Source: Octopus sinensis (lineage: Eukaryota). From it: 64,000 bases of DNA. Shown here piece by piece: positions 24,937 to 36,339 of this stretch. Under the pieces are notes generated by a model that was not told the origin of the DNA, did no database searches, and worked only from the letters and a program-made list of their open reading frames with translations. The translations under genes and the position numbers were made by a program. The stretch spans positions 21,824,001 through 21,888,000 of the forward strand of contig NC_043016.1 in assembly GCF_006345805.1 (NCBI RefSeq), in the 5' to 3' direction. Each line of letters starts with the position of its first letter. The stretch's first letter is position 1.

Positions 24937-26834
24937 CTAGCAGTAATACCTGGCGTTGCTCGGGATTAAAATGGCATAGTTTGTATATAATATATTATAG
25001 TTATGTTGAAATAAGTTATATGGTAAAGTGCAGCATTGACAACAAAACATTTGTGGAGTAAATGATGGGCTAATTCAACTAAGCAACATGCTATGTGTCT
25101 GTTTGGAGTATTTCAGGCCCTAACCTGTGGCGGTTATGTGATTTTTGAGCACACCGAGAAGCTGTCAGTGGATATGCTCTCTTTTGCAGCAGTAGGCGCT
25201 GTGTCTAACACGACCCATCGTATGAAATGTAGACACCGCCTTTGGGTTTATTGTCCTACATCACTCATAAAGTAAATTTGGAGGAACTGTGGTTCGTTTG
25301 TGGGTAACAGGGAACTAATGAGGTGATAGACTAACCCTTGAACTTTGACATCATCGTAAATTCTTGATGCACTAAGTGATATCATTTGCAGAGTTGTATT
25401 GTCTGATATTGTTCAGAAAATCCTTTGACTGGATGGAAATGCCTTCTAGAAGATCCATAAGAGGTTGAGAAGGAGCTGGTAGTGCTGGCAATGTTACCTG
25501 ACCACTTGAGCAGCTCATACCATTTGTTTCATTTGAAAATTTAAAAACTATACAGAAAAGACAATTTGTGTTTAGCACACCAATTTGGACTGAGTTATTT
25601 TTATAAGAATGGGATGGATCATATCTGAAAACAGCTTCAGTAGTTGTGAAGAATGAATTTGTATGTAGTCTGTTTCTAAGAGCTAATCTATTGGACTTCT
25701 GTCTAATCATTAAAACATTAAGTGCTGAAACATGCATTTGCTGATGTTGAGAAAATCTCATCCAGCTTCTCTCTTCAGACTCTCACCTTCGGTTTTCTAC
25801 AATCCTCCTTGCTTTATACTTGTTTCTGGAGAGATTACGTCTTTTCTTTGGTAGTATATATTTCCTAGTATTGTAAACAAAAAATTATGAACATAGAAAG
25901 AAATTATGCATTAATCCCTCCAATATTCTAAATAAAAAATTATGAACATAGAAAGAAATTATACATTAATCCCTATTTTTGTAAGTAGTTGTATCCGTAA
26001 AAATTTTATTTCAAGAGAGCAGAAATTGAAAGAAGATAAAGCAAAAAGAACAGAGAAAGAAAGTGAAAGATGTATGTACGTCTATATGAAATGGACGTGT
26101 GTGTATGTGTGTGTGCATACATACATGTGTATGTGAGAAAGAGAGATAGAGTGAGTGAGTGAAGGTGTGTGTCGTGATAACTGACATCTCTTAAGGTACA
26201 CACACATATAGAAAATATGACGTAATAGTATAAAATTTTTACGATAGTTGATTTATGGAGATTATGTTAAACTTTTGAAATGCAAATATGTGAATGAAAA
26301 TTAAGTTAATTTGAAGCCTAAATAGTACTGAATCTTTTGATAACCTATACGTCAAAATCTGTAACACGATTCTGGAAAGCATACAGAATATATAATATCA
26401 ATGAGGCAGATCTCTACATGGTAGCTAGACCTGGTAGAAATAGCAGCCAAATCTCCCTCAAAACACCCTACTGTCCTAATCCAACAATTCTGTCTATTAT
26501 GTAGTTTGAATGAGAAACTGTAACTAAAGATTAAGATTACTCCACAGAGAGAGGAAATAAGAAAGACAGCATAGCAACGGTTCTGACTGACTGTACTCCC
26601 CTTGTTGCTAGCGAAATGGTATATGCCGGCTGTGTGAGCAACTGGTTGTTTTAATGACAGAACAAACAGGACATTAAAAATTACAAAAATAGTGATTCTC
26701 ACTTTGAAACTAATGATCTTGAAAATCTTTTTAGATTACAGAACGCCCAGCTCTCTCATGTATCCATATTTAAAATTTCAGTATGATCGGATGAATAATA
26801 CTCAAGTTATAAGAACAGATTTTATACATTAAGA
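24937..26834 (-). mobile_element. Internally deleted Helitron carrying the RepHel N-terminus
   Basis: 3' CTAG (24937-24940) with hairpin CCCGAGCAACGCCAGG. ORF 25372-25761 has AVFRYDP..QIG..C..C..FKF..E..G..CSSGQV.LP.L; next is KVQGLVYHLISSLLP..PQFLQIYF. A putative 5' A|TC lies at 26834, but its link to this copy is uncertain. Confidence 0.75.
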
Positions 26835-26847
26835 TATATATATATGT

Positions 26848-27590
26848 ATCATCATCATTGTTTAACGTCTGTTTTCCATGCTAGCATGGGTTGGACGGTT
26901 CGACCAGGGTCTGGGAAGCCAGAAGGCTGCACTAGGCTCCAGTCTGATCTGGCAGTGTTTCTACAGCTGGATGCCCTTCCTAACGCCAAAAACTTCATAA
27001 GTGTAGTGGGTGCTTTTTACATGCCACCGGCACAGGTGCTAGGCGAGGCTGGCAATGGCCATGATTGGTTGGTGCTTTTTACGTGCCTCTGGCATGGGAG
27101 CCAGTCAAGGCGGCGCTGGCATCAGCCACATTCGGATGGTGCTTTTTACGCTCCACCGGCACAGGTATCACAACTACAATTTCCATTTGATTTTTTGATG
27201 TTGATGTCTCCTCAAGGACAGGGTCTCCTCAAGCACAGTGTGTGTATATATATATCATCATCATCCTTTAATGTCCGCTTTCCATGCTAGCATAGGTTGG
27301 ACGATTTGACTGAGGACTGTCGAACCGGATGGCTGCGCCAGGCTCCAATCTGATCTGGCAGAGCTTCCACAGCCTGGTGCCCTTCCTAACGCCAACAGTT
27401 CCAAGAGTGCAGTGGGTGCTTTTACGTGCCACCTGTACTGGCTATGGCCATGCTTGAAATAGTGTTTTTTTATGTGCCACATGCTCAGGCGTCAATCCAG
27501 CGGCACTGGCAACGACCTTGCTCGAATGTTTTTCACGTGCTGGTAACGTTCATGCTCAAATGGTGCTTTTTACGTGCTTTTTACGTAATA
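26848..27590 (-). mobile_element. Two tandem RTE 3' ends (26848-27235 and 27256-27590)
   Basis: Each starts with (CAT)n plus the reverse complement of the RTE tail. Confidence 0.85.
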
Positions 27591-28100
27591 AGGGGCAAAT
27601 ACCCTGAAACTAGTCTGCAGATGCCTGACCAGCAAGGGGAAGCGGCTGACCTCCCCTGTTCAAAGGTTATAATGGACACAGGTTCATGTGTCACATTGTC
27701 TTGTTGTTGCTGGCAGAATGGTTGGTGTCTTTTTCACCCACATCCTACAGATAGTTATCCATGAGATTACAATCAGAGAAAGTAGGTTAGAAATTGGGGC
27801 TGGTGGAGTCTTAGAAATTCTCTAACGGCCACTCTTTCTGAAAGTATGGTAAGAAGCTGATTCCTGTTGCCATGCATATGGCCTTTCAGTTGCAACTGTC
27901 TTTAGCCAGGGTTTGACCATAGTCTCCAGCAGCTCACATAGCCCCCTGAATTAAGCCAAAAGCCCTGCTCAAAAATGTGGGAGTGAATTCTGCATGTGGG
28001 CACAGTCAAAACATCTGCTGTGTCTCTTCCTATTAACCACACCTATGTAGTCTCTGTTGCAGCTATCCATGTCACATTTTACAGCCTTTACAGTGTTCAT
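27590..28100 (-). mobile_element. Second maT/DD37D mariner remnant (transposase C-terminal half)
   Basis: HFFEQG...YVELLETMVKPWLKTVATERPYAWQQESASYHT, paralleling the copy at 4187-5418. Confidence 0.75.
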
Positions 28101-28419
28101 AGAACACTGAGCAGTGGTCATGATGTCACAGATCTTTGTCACAGATCTTTGTGATGCACGTAAACATCAAATTTAGCAGGAATACCCTGTATCTATGTTT
28201 TGCAGCTCCTACTGATTATTTTCTCTTTCTCTCTGCTTTCTCACCTCCTGAATATCAGTGGCAATACAGATCCCTCTGCAGGAACCTGCTTGGAACCCAA
28301 TCTCTCATTGAAATCCTCTCAATTCCTTGCATGGAGCTAACCTCACTATCTCCCCAGGGTTCATATGAACTGCATAGCAATCTCAATAATGCACAAAAAC
28401 TCCTCACCCAGTCCACACT

Positions 28420-28775
28420 AAAGTGGTTAGCATTAGAAGGGGCATCTAGCCATAAAAATCATGCAGAAGATACTGGAGCTTGTTGCAGTCCATGGACACA
28501 TCAGATCCTTGTCAAACTGTCCAACCCATGCCATCAAGGAACATGGACATTAAATGATAATGACAAATAGGGGGCCAGTCAGGCGGTACTGGCAATGACC
28601 TCACTCGAATGTGTAAAAAGATTTGAGCGAGGTCATTGCCAGTACCACCTGACTGGCCCCCATGCTGGTGGCACGTAAAAGCACCCACTACACTCTCAGA
28701 GTGGTTGGCGTTATGAAGGGCATCCAGCTGTAGAAACTCTGTCAGATCAAGATTGAAGCCTGGTGCAGCCAGCTA
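28420..28775 (+). mobile_element. Two partial RTE 3' ends
   Basis: AGAAGGGGCATCTAGCC...GACATTAAATGATAATGA, and GGCACGTAAAAGCACCCACTACACTCTC... Confidence 0.75.
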
Positions 28776-29329
28776 GCCATGCCACTGCTCCAGCCATGAA
28801 GACACTATTATACACCAGCGACAGAAGGATGTTCTCCATCTCTGCTGCCGTTATCACCATCATTGTCTCCATCTCCATTGACTTAAACATGTACACATCA
28901 ACAGAACTCTTGCTATTGTGTACCTCACGAACTGGTAAACTAATTCCATCTTCACTCAACATGCTGAGACGCATCTTCTGCTTTGTATTTCTGTTGTATA
29001 TGCATACACCTTTATCTGTACCTTTTGTCGCACACACGAACGCACAGACACAAATGCTTGTCGCATGCGCACATACACAACACCTTGCTAGCACTCACAC
29101 ACTCTCTCTCTGTACCCATTGTAAATAAAGTCTTCTTCTCTCTCAAACAGTAGAACGGTTTGTTGTCCTCATTTATTCCTTTTGGCACTGTATTTTATAT
29201 CATGTATTTGGCTTCATATTATGTTAGGGACAACCATGCAGCGTTCAAAAGGAGACATTTGTCACCAACTCCTTACGTACGGTCGTATTTCCTACACAGG
29301 TATTCACCAGGAATAATACAGGTGAGAAG

Positions 29330-29530
29330 AAACTGTAGTGACGCTATACAGCGGCGCGCGCGCGCACCGTCCATTCCTGTTTCGCGCGTGCGGGTTGGTG
29401 CCTTCACCACCGGAAGTAGGACCATTTGCCTACGTGGCAGTTTAGCCGTGAGGCAGGGGAGCGTGAACCTTAAAGGGGTCCGGAGTGATAGCAGCAGCAG
29501 GCAGTGACTTGAGACATGGCTATCGAAGGT
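29330..29530. promoter_or_regulatory. CpG-island-like Pol II promoter of an unidentified host gene (possibly bidirectional)
   Basis: Dense CpG in otherwise CpG-poor DNA. (CG)n at 29355-29364, E2F-like TTTCGCGCG at 29380-29388, ETS CCGGAAGT at 29410-29417, TACGTGGCA at 29431-29439, TGACGC at 29339-29344. No TE similarity recognised. Confidence 0.6.
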
Positions 29531-30509
29531 ACAATACGTATATTCTCTCTGTCCGAATTTGATTCTAGCAGCAGCTTTTACCAAAGCTTTTAACCAATTG
29601 TTGCAGACTACATCATCTCCTTTCTCCGGACGCCATCTTTGACAAGTGTCGTTTGCATTTGAACACTTTCTTATTTTACAGCGATAAGGTTCAGCTGAGA
29701 CACATCTATACCAAGTGGATGCCAGATACACCAATTATCTGTTACCACATAAGAGAATAAAGTAGATATATATTATTACGTTTGCGTCTTGTTTGTTTCT
29801 GACTGGTAGAGAATTCTGGATTATTAAAGCAACGGAAAGTGATTGCTTCTCGCACCCCCAAAAGGTCCAGAGAAGATATTCACATTTTCGTTACAAAACT
29901 CTGAAAAGCTGGGATCACTTTTCATGCATTCAATTAATCTGGCATTTTTTCATCACCATTGCAAATGCTTCATCTGTTGCAACATGTACAAGTTTATTCA
30001 GCAAGACCAGCAAATCCAACATCTTCATAATTATTTCAGAAGAAACACTGAATAAATACTGCCTCTGTCTGTCAGTTGATTTGTGAATCACTTAACTGAA
30101 TGCAAAGGAATTTTTAAAATCATTTTGCATTTTGCTTGTAATATCAACCCTGGTCTAAGGGATGTGTCTCTCTGTAGTTGAGGTTTTGTGTAATTTGGAT
30201 CTAAGTCAGTAACAACATTACCTACATTCTTCTTAATAAATTACTAGGTGAGAGACTCCTTCAGGAAGTAAAATAACATAAATTATTGAATTGGGTCGAA
30301 GTAATTGAATTAACTTGTCTATTGCTTACCTTATACCAAAATTTGAGACCAATATTATTGTTAGCAGATAATGTGACAATGGCCATTGTCAAAAGAGAAA
30401 TGTTACAAATAGTGAAAGATAAAGAAAGGAAGAGACATCAAATGTATTTTCGTATATGTTATCACTTTCAAGTATGTGTAACACACCTTAGCATGTTTTG
30501 AAGAGATCT

Positions 30510-31085
30510 CCATTGCACTAAGAGTAGGAGTTGACGACTGTAGGGGACTGAAATGTCACTGTGGTAGGCCCCTCGATCCCACAAGTCTTCATGGTCTATC
30601 TTGCCACTTAAAGCTGATTGTTTTGCTCATCACACTGAGCTAAACTTAATCATTAAGTGGGCCCTGACTCGGATTAATATTCCCTCAGTTCTGGAGCTGG
30701 TGGGAAGAGACCAGATGGCCTTAGCTTCTGTCCTTGGGTAAGAGGTAGGTGCCTCATCTGGGATACTACAGTCTGCAACACTTTTGTTCTCTCCCACATT
30801 CTGAATGCTGCAGAAAATGGCAGGGTCACTGCTTCCATAGCCAGATGGAACAAAACCCTGAAGTACTGGGACCTGGCAGTGAACTATCACTTCCAACCTG
30901 TGGCGTTTGACATGTTTGATGGGACTGGGCCACTAACTATGAAGTTCTTGATATTGTTGGTAGCTTGCCTCACCAAAGTGACAGGTGCTTGGCTTTTCCA
31001 ATGCCTTAGGCTCTCCATTGCTTGTGGTAAGACCTCAAGCATGCTGGCTTGCCTCAGTAGTTTCCATTGAACCTTGTGGTGTATG
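30510..31085 (+). mobile_element. CRE-clade non-LTR retrotransposon 3' fragment (RLE domain)
   Basis: HTELNLIIKWAL..NIPSVLE; RPDGLSFCPWVRGRCLIWDTT; FQPVAFDMFDGTGP; AWLFQCLRLSIACGKTSSML. Confidence 0.8.
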
Positions 31086-31500
31086 ACCAATTGAAGCACT
31101 TGGTGCTGCATTGATATTTTTCTCTTTCTCTCTTTTTTCTGTTTTTTTTTTGTCTGTTGAAATATACATACATGTTATATATGTAATAAAATGTTTTAAT
31201 TTAAAAAAACAGCCACAAAAACAAACAAATTTCACATGCAAATAACATGTATCTACTTAAATGGGAAACGTGGTGAGAAAGTCAGAGTATAAAAATGGGC
31301 GGAAATTAAAAACATTTCAATTTTATATTTGTGTTTATTCGAAATAGGTGAAGAATGATGTTCTCCATTCCCATAAAAGTAAGAAAAGTTGTTATCAATT
31401 CATACACCACTACCATCATCATCATCGTTTAACGTCCGTTTTCCATGCTTAACAATTACAAAGCCTGAATATTTTTCCTATTTAATTTTAATATTAGCTG

Positions 31501-32304
31501 GGATCTTTTCCTTTTGAATGGCATACGTCAACACAATTTCTAGTTAACTAAACACTTTTAAACTTCGTATACTGGTAGAATGTGTTTATAAAGCATCATT
31601 TTTTTCTTGGCTTTATTGAGAAAATTCTATATGTTGTAACATATTTCTACTTCAATTTCAAGCATTTTGGCAATTTTAACCAATCGCTGACCTCCATTTG
31701 GGGTGAAAACATTCCGTGCTGTATGAATATGTCCCTCGTTTAAGAAACAGATTGGGTTTATTTACATTTGTGAAGAAAAAAGATACCCTTCCCTACCCCT
31801 AACCCTAAATCTAAAATAGATTGAAATGCAATAGATCGATACTAGGGTTATAATTATGGGTGACAATTTCATACGAAACCGCTACGGAAAATGGGATTTT
31901 TTTCTAGCAGTGTCAAATGAAAATGTCACCCATAATTATAACCCTAGTATCGATCTATTGCATTTTAATCTATTTTAGGGTTAGGTTTAGTTATAGTTAG
32001 GGTTAGGGATGGGGGAAGGGTATCTTTTTTTCTTCGCAAATGTAAATAAACCCAATCTGTTTCTTAAACGAGGACATATTCATACAGCACGGTATGTTTT
32101 GACTCCAAATGGACGTATTTGATTGGTTAAAATTGCCGAAATGCTCGATTTTAAAGTGGAAATATGTTACAACATATGGAATTTTCTCAATAAAGCCAAG
32201 AAAAAATGATGTTTTATAAACACATTCTACCAGTAAACGAAGTTTAAAAGTGTTTAGTTTACTAGAAATTGTGTTGAAAACTGCCGTTCAAAAGGAAAAG
32301 ATCC
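31501..32304. mobile_element. ~800-bp fold-back (MITE-like) element with internal TTAGGG-like tracts
   Basis: Arms GGATCTTTTCCTTTTGAATGGCA... / ...TGCCGTTCAAAAGGAAAAGATCC pair along almost the whole length. Confidence 0.85.
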
Positions 32305-32490
32305 ATTAGCTGTGATAAAAATATTTTGAAAAACAGAAAGAGTAATTTCAACGTCCACATATCAAAACAACGAGCTGCACGAGGTTTGCGCACCACGCAC
32401 GGGGTTACAGCAGAAAGCATTTGTCTTAGATACTGCGCAGCGGGACAGAACCAGAAACACATGGTTGCAATGTGAACTTCTGAATAACCC

Positions 32491-32858
32491 AAAACTTATT
32501 TGTGTCATCTTGTATACATATACACTTATAGTATATACAAGAATAAACATCGTAATAGACTAATATGATACGAATACTTTAAACATATGAATATTATTTC
32601 TTTATGTAAATACGATCAATCACATGCAGTTTTCGTACACAATACAGACAGAATTAAGGCAATCAATAAATTTGACTCAATTTAATTCGTTCACTCCAAC
32701 CCAATTACTACAATGTTTGCCAGTAATATACTATCTGGTTCGTTTAATAACTATTTATCAATATGTATTTGTATATTACATATTCAAACTTAAATTCTCG
32801 GATGGATAACAATTAACAATTGTATAATTATATACTACATAATAATAAATATTTATAT

Positions 32859-32898
<40 letters not shown>

Positions 32899-33425
32899 TT
32901 CCAACATATATAATCTATATATATAAAACTGTAGTTGTGTGAGTGTCTGTCCCCTTCGATTTAGATTCCTAACTACTCCCACATTTTGCGGTGCAGTTTA
33001 ACCAAATTCGGGTATCTTATAGTCGTGATTAATATCGAGCCCGTCTGGCTATTAGCGCGTGTCTACGATGAGTCTACGATTTTAAAAATAATTTAACATC
33101 ATTTTTTATTCCATTTTAATGCATAATTTTTCGTATGTCGATGGCGGCGGAGTTGGCGTCCATGGTCACACCTGCACCTGTTTGCTTCTCCCCCTTCTTC
33201 CCTCCCTCGTTAAGCTGTGGGGAAGGGAGTGTAAGGAAATTAACGTCGTAAAGCGTTGTCAAGGAGACCAGCGTTCTTTTAGAACAACGACTTCATGGCT
33301 TGAAGACACCAAAACAGAAATGGCTAAGAAAGCCCGAATTGGCATCTATAAAGGAAGTAACTCTCTAAAAATGCTTATATAGTTATTTCCCTTACAAACC
33401 CGAGCAACGCCGGGCGATACTGCTA

Positions 33426-33460
<35 letters not shown>

Positions 33461-33603
33461 TGCGTGTAAATATATATTTGAATAAATTTTGTCACAAGGG
33501 AATTAACCAACATATAATCCCTTTAAGATTCTTTCCCTTTACTCAATAAAATTACGTTTTCACCTGAAATCTTGTTTGATATGTTGTCTTATTCTGTGTG
33601 TGG

Positions 33604-33605
<2 letters not shown>
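32491..33605. repeat. Duplicated non-coding block, copy 2, interrupted by (TA)n and a Helitron
   Basis: See copy 1 at 10774. Confidence 0.85.
32914..33426 (+). mobile_element. Complete non-autonomous Helitron (513 bp)
   Basis: A|TCTATATATATAAAA 5' end, hairpin CCCGAGCAACGCCGGG, CTAG|T 3' end, no TSD. Confidence 0.88.
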
Positions 33606-33649
<44 letters not shown>

Positions 33650-33658
<9 letters not shown>

Positions 33659-34146
33659 TGTTTCCTGCACCAGCTTCACATAGCAGCCCCAGCCCATCCA
33701 AAGTACCTTGGATTGCAGAACGGCCTGCTGTGCTTCCCTTGGATCATAGGGCAACCTGCTGTGCTTGAGGAGACCTATTGAGTCAAGTACATCATCATCA
33801 AATAAAAATCAATGGAAATTGTAGTTGGATACCTGTGCCGGTGGCATGTAAAAAGCACCATCCGAACGTGGCCGATGCCAGCGCCACTTTGACTGGCTTC
33901 CGTGCTGGTGGAATGTAAAAAGCACCAACCAATCATGGCCATTTCCTGCCTCCCCTGGTACCTGTGCCGGTGGAACATAAAAAACACTCACTACACTCAC
34001 AGAGTGGTTGGCGTTAGGAAAGGCATCCAGCTGTAGAAACACTACCAGATCAGACTGGAGCCTGGTGCAGCCTCCTGGCTTCCCAGACCCAGTCGAACTG
34101 TCCAACCCATGCTAGCATGGAAAACGGACGTTAAACGATGATGATG
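33650..34146 (+). mobile_element. RTE 3' UTR and tail
   Basis: Tandem units and GACGTTAAACGATGATGAT. Confidence 0.85.
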
Positions 34147-34165
34147 ATATATATATATATATATA

Positions 34166-35470
34166 TCATCTTTTAACGTTTGTCATCCATGCTGGCATGG
34201 GTTGGACGGTTTGATCAGGACTGGTAAGCTGAGGGGCTGCACCAGACTCCAGTCTGATTTGGCATGGTTTTCTACAGCAGGATGCCCTTCCTAATGCCAA
34301 CCATCTGAGAGTGTAATGTGTGCTTTTACATGTCGCTGGCATATTGCCAAGGATCTTGGCCATTTATCATTGCCTGAATGAAGACCAACGTTTGAAAGGT
34401 GTTTCTTACGTGTCACTGCCACAGGTGTCAGTTATCCAACACTAGCATTGACCACATATTGCCTCTGTGAGGCCCCATGCTTGACAGGTGCTTTTTACGT
34501 TCCACCAGCACGAGTGCCAGATGCCTCTGTAGGGCCAAGCATTCAACAGGTGCTTTTTATGTGCCACCAGCATCGGTCACCTTACCTCCATAAGACACAT
34601 TGCTCAAAATGTGCTTTTTACGTGCCACTGACACAGGTGCCAATTACATGACACTGGCATTGGCTATGACTGTGAATTCATTTAGCTTAATGGGTCTTCT
34701 CAAGCACAGTATATTGCCAAAGGTCTTGGTCACAAATCATTGTCTCTGTGAGGCTCAATGTTCAAATATCATGCTTTACCAACTCTTCCCGTGTCTCCCT
34801 AGGTCTACCTCTTCCACGGGTTCCCTCCACAGTTAGAGTGCAACAATTCTTCACAAGGCTGTCCTCATCCATACATATCACATGACCATACCAGCACAGT
34901 TGTCTCTTTTGCACACCACATCTGATTCCTCTTATGCCCAACTTTTCTCCCAAAATGCTTACACTCTGTCAAACATGTACACTGACATTGTACATCCAGC
35001 AAAGCATACAAGCTTCACTTCCTTCAAGGTTGTACATGTCCTTGGTAGTCACAGCCCATGATTCACTGCTGTGTAGTACAGCTGTTCGCACACAGGCATC
35101 ATACAATCTGCCTTTTACTCTGATGGAGAGGTTCTTTGTTACCACAGAGGTCGGAGCTCCCTGAACTTTGCCCAGCCTATTCTTATTCTTGCAGCTTTGC
35201 TTTCAGAGCATCCACCTCTGCCACTAACTTGGTCTCCTAGATAATGGAAGCTTTCAACTACCTCTAGCTTACCCCACCATGGCATTTGACGGAGTCTATT
35301 TTCTATACTTTTTTAATGTTTACTGTACCTGTACGCCTTCCACACACAAAATCTAATTTTGCAGTTAACCTCCCTCTGATATTGCTGCACCTCTTATATG
35401 TCCTTAGTTGCACTGGGTACATCTTATGGAATTTCTGCCGACATCTTTCCTACAGATCAAGCAGGGCTGT
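34166..35470 (-). mobile_element. RTE LINE 3' portion (ORF2 C-terminus, UTR, tail)
   Basis: ORF 34762-34953 (GVQKRQLCWYGHVICM..EGTRGRGRPRETREE), plus the RTE tail. Confidence 0.85.
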
Positions 35471-35489
35471 TTACCTGAGGAGATATTCT

Positions 35490-35680
35490 TTTACTGGTTT
35501 TAGTCATTTGTCTACAGCCATGCTGGAGCACTACCTTGAAGGGTTTTGGTCGAAGAAATTGACCTCAGGACATATTCTTTTTAAGCCTAGTACTTATTCT
35601 ATAGGCCTAAGTTACGTGGACATAAACACATCAATACTGGCTTTCAAGCATGCGGAGAGGACACAGACACAAAGGCATAC
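35490..35680 (-). mobile_element. SINE 3' tail fragment
   Basis: GGTTTTAGTCATTTG..CCATGCTGGAGCAC..AAGCCTAGTACTTATTC. Confidence 0.7.
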
Positions 35681-35784
35681 ACACATACACACCTATCAAA
35701 GTGCAGATGAGGGATATAATTATCCAAGGTTAGATTGGTTGAATACCTAACAATATAGGCACATACATATATTTTATTAATATT

Positions 35785-36160
35785 ATAAAAACCAAAAGAG
35801 AAGATGGAGATAAGATTAATAAAAGTTTATTAATACATTGACAAGACCAGACCTACAATTGTTTCAATTCGTCGCTTGCAGTATAAAATCAACCAAATTT
35901 AATTTCATTTAACTAAATCAATTCAGTTAAATACTACAAGTGAGAACATCTTCAGGGAAGGATGTACAAGGAGATTTAACATATTTAAAATATGATGAAA
36001 TCATTATGAAGGAAGAATACAGTGTACCGTTAAAGTTAAAAATATATACATTAATAAAAAATCGATACAGTTATAAAAACAATAGTTATAGTCATAAATT
36101 AATATAAATAACAAAAATGATAATGCAGACATACCCATGCAAAAATCCGAATGATGTTGG
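35785..36160 (-). mobile_element. Non-coding repeat (second copy at 59745-60420) carrying a hammerhead-like motif at 35846-35962
   Basis: Shared AAACCAAAAGAGAAGATGGAGATAAGATTAATAAAA...CCTACAATTGTTTCAATTC with the 59745 copy. Minus strand reads CTGAAGA-long stem-GAAA-CAATTG-TA. Confidence 0.7.
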
Positions 36161-36339
36161 GACTGAACCAGTAACTAATTGATTGGGAAGCAAGCTTCTT
36201 ACCATCCATCTGTCCCCCTTTTGCTTCCATTTACACACAAATACACACACATAAACAAGAGTTGACCCAAAAGCCATGCGCAAGTATGCATAACTTTTTA
36301 TTAACTGACCTGCAGCAGATTAATGATACTTCAATGAAA

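Noticed and set aside
29273-29734. 153-aa minus-strand ORF
   Set aside because: It runs across the GC-rich promoter, where stop codons are rare, and shows no recognisable domain.
31786-32020. Interstitial telomere or chromosome-fusion scar
   Set aside because: Only a few degenerate TTAGGG units, symmetric within the arms of a fold-back element.
35704-35730. CAGATGA-GGGATA-TAAT-TATCC, a possible hammerhead half
   Set aside because: The core is mutated and there is no GAAA or stem III; too degenerate to support.
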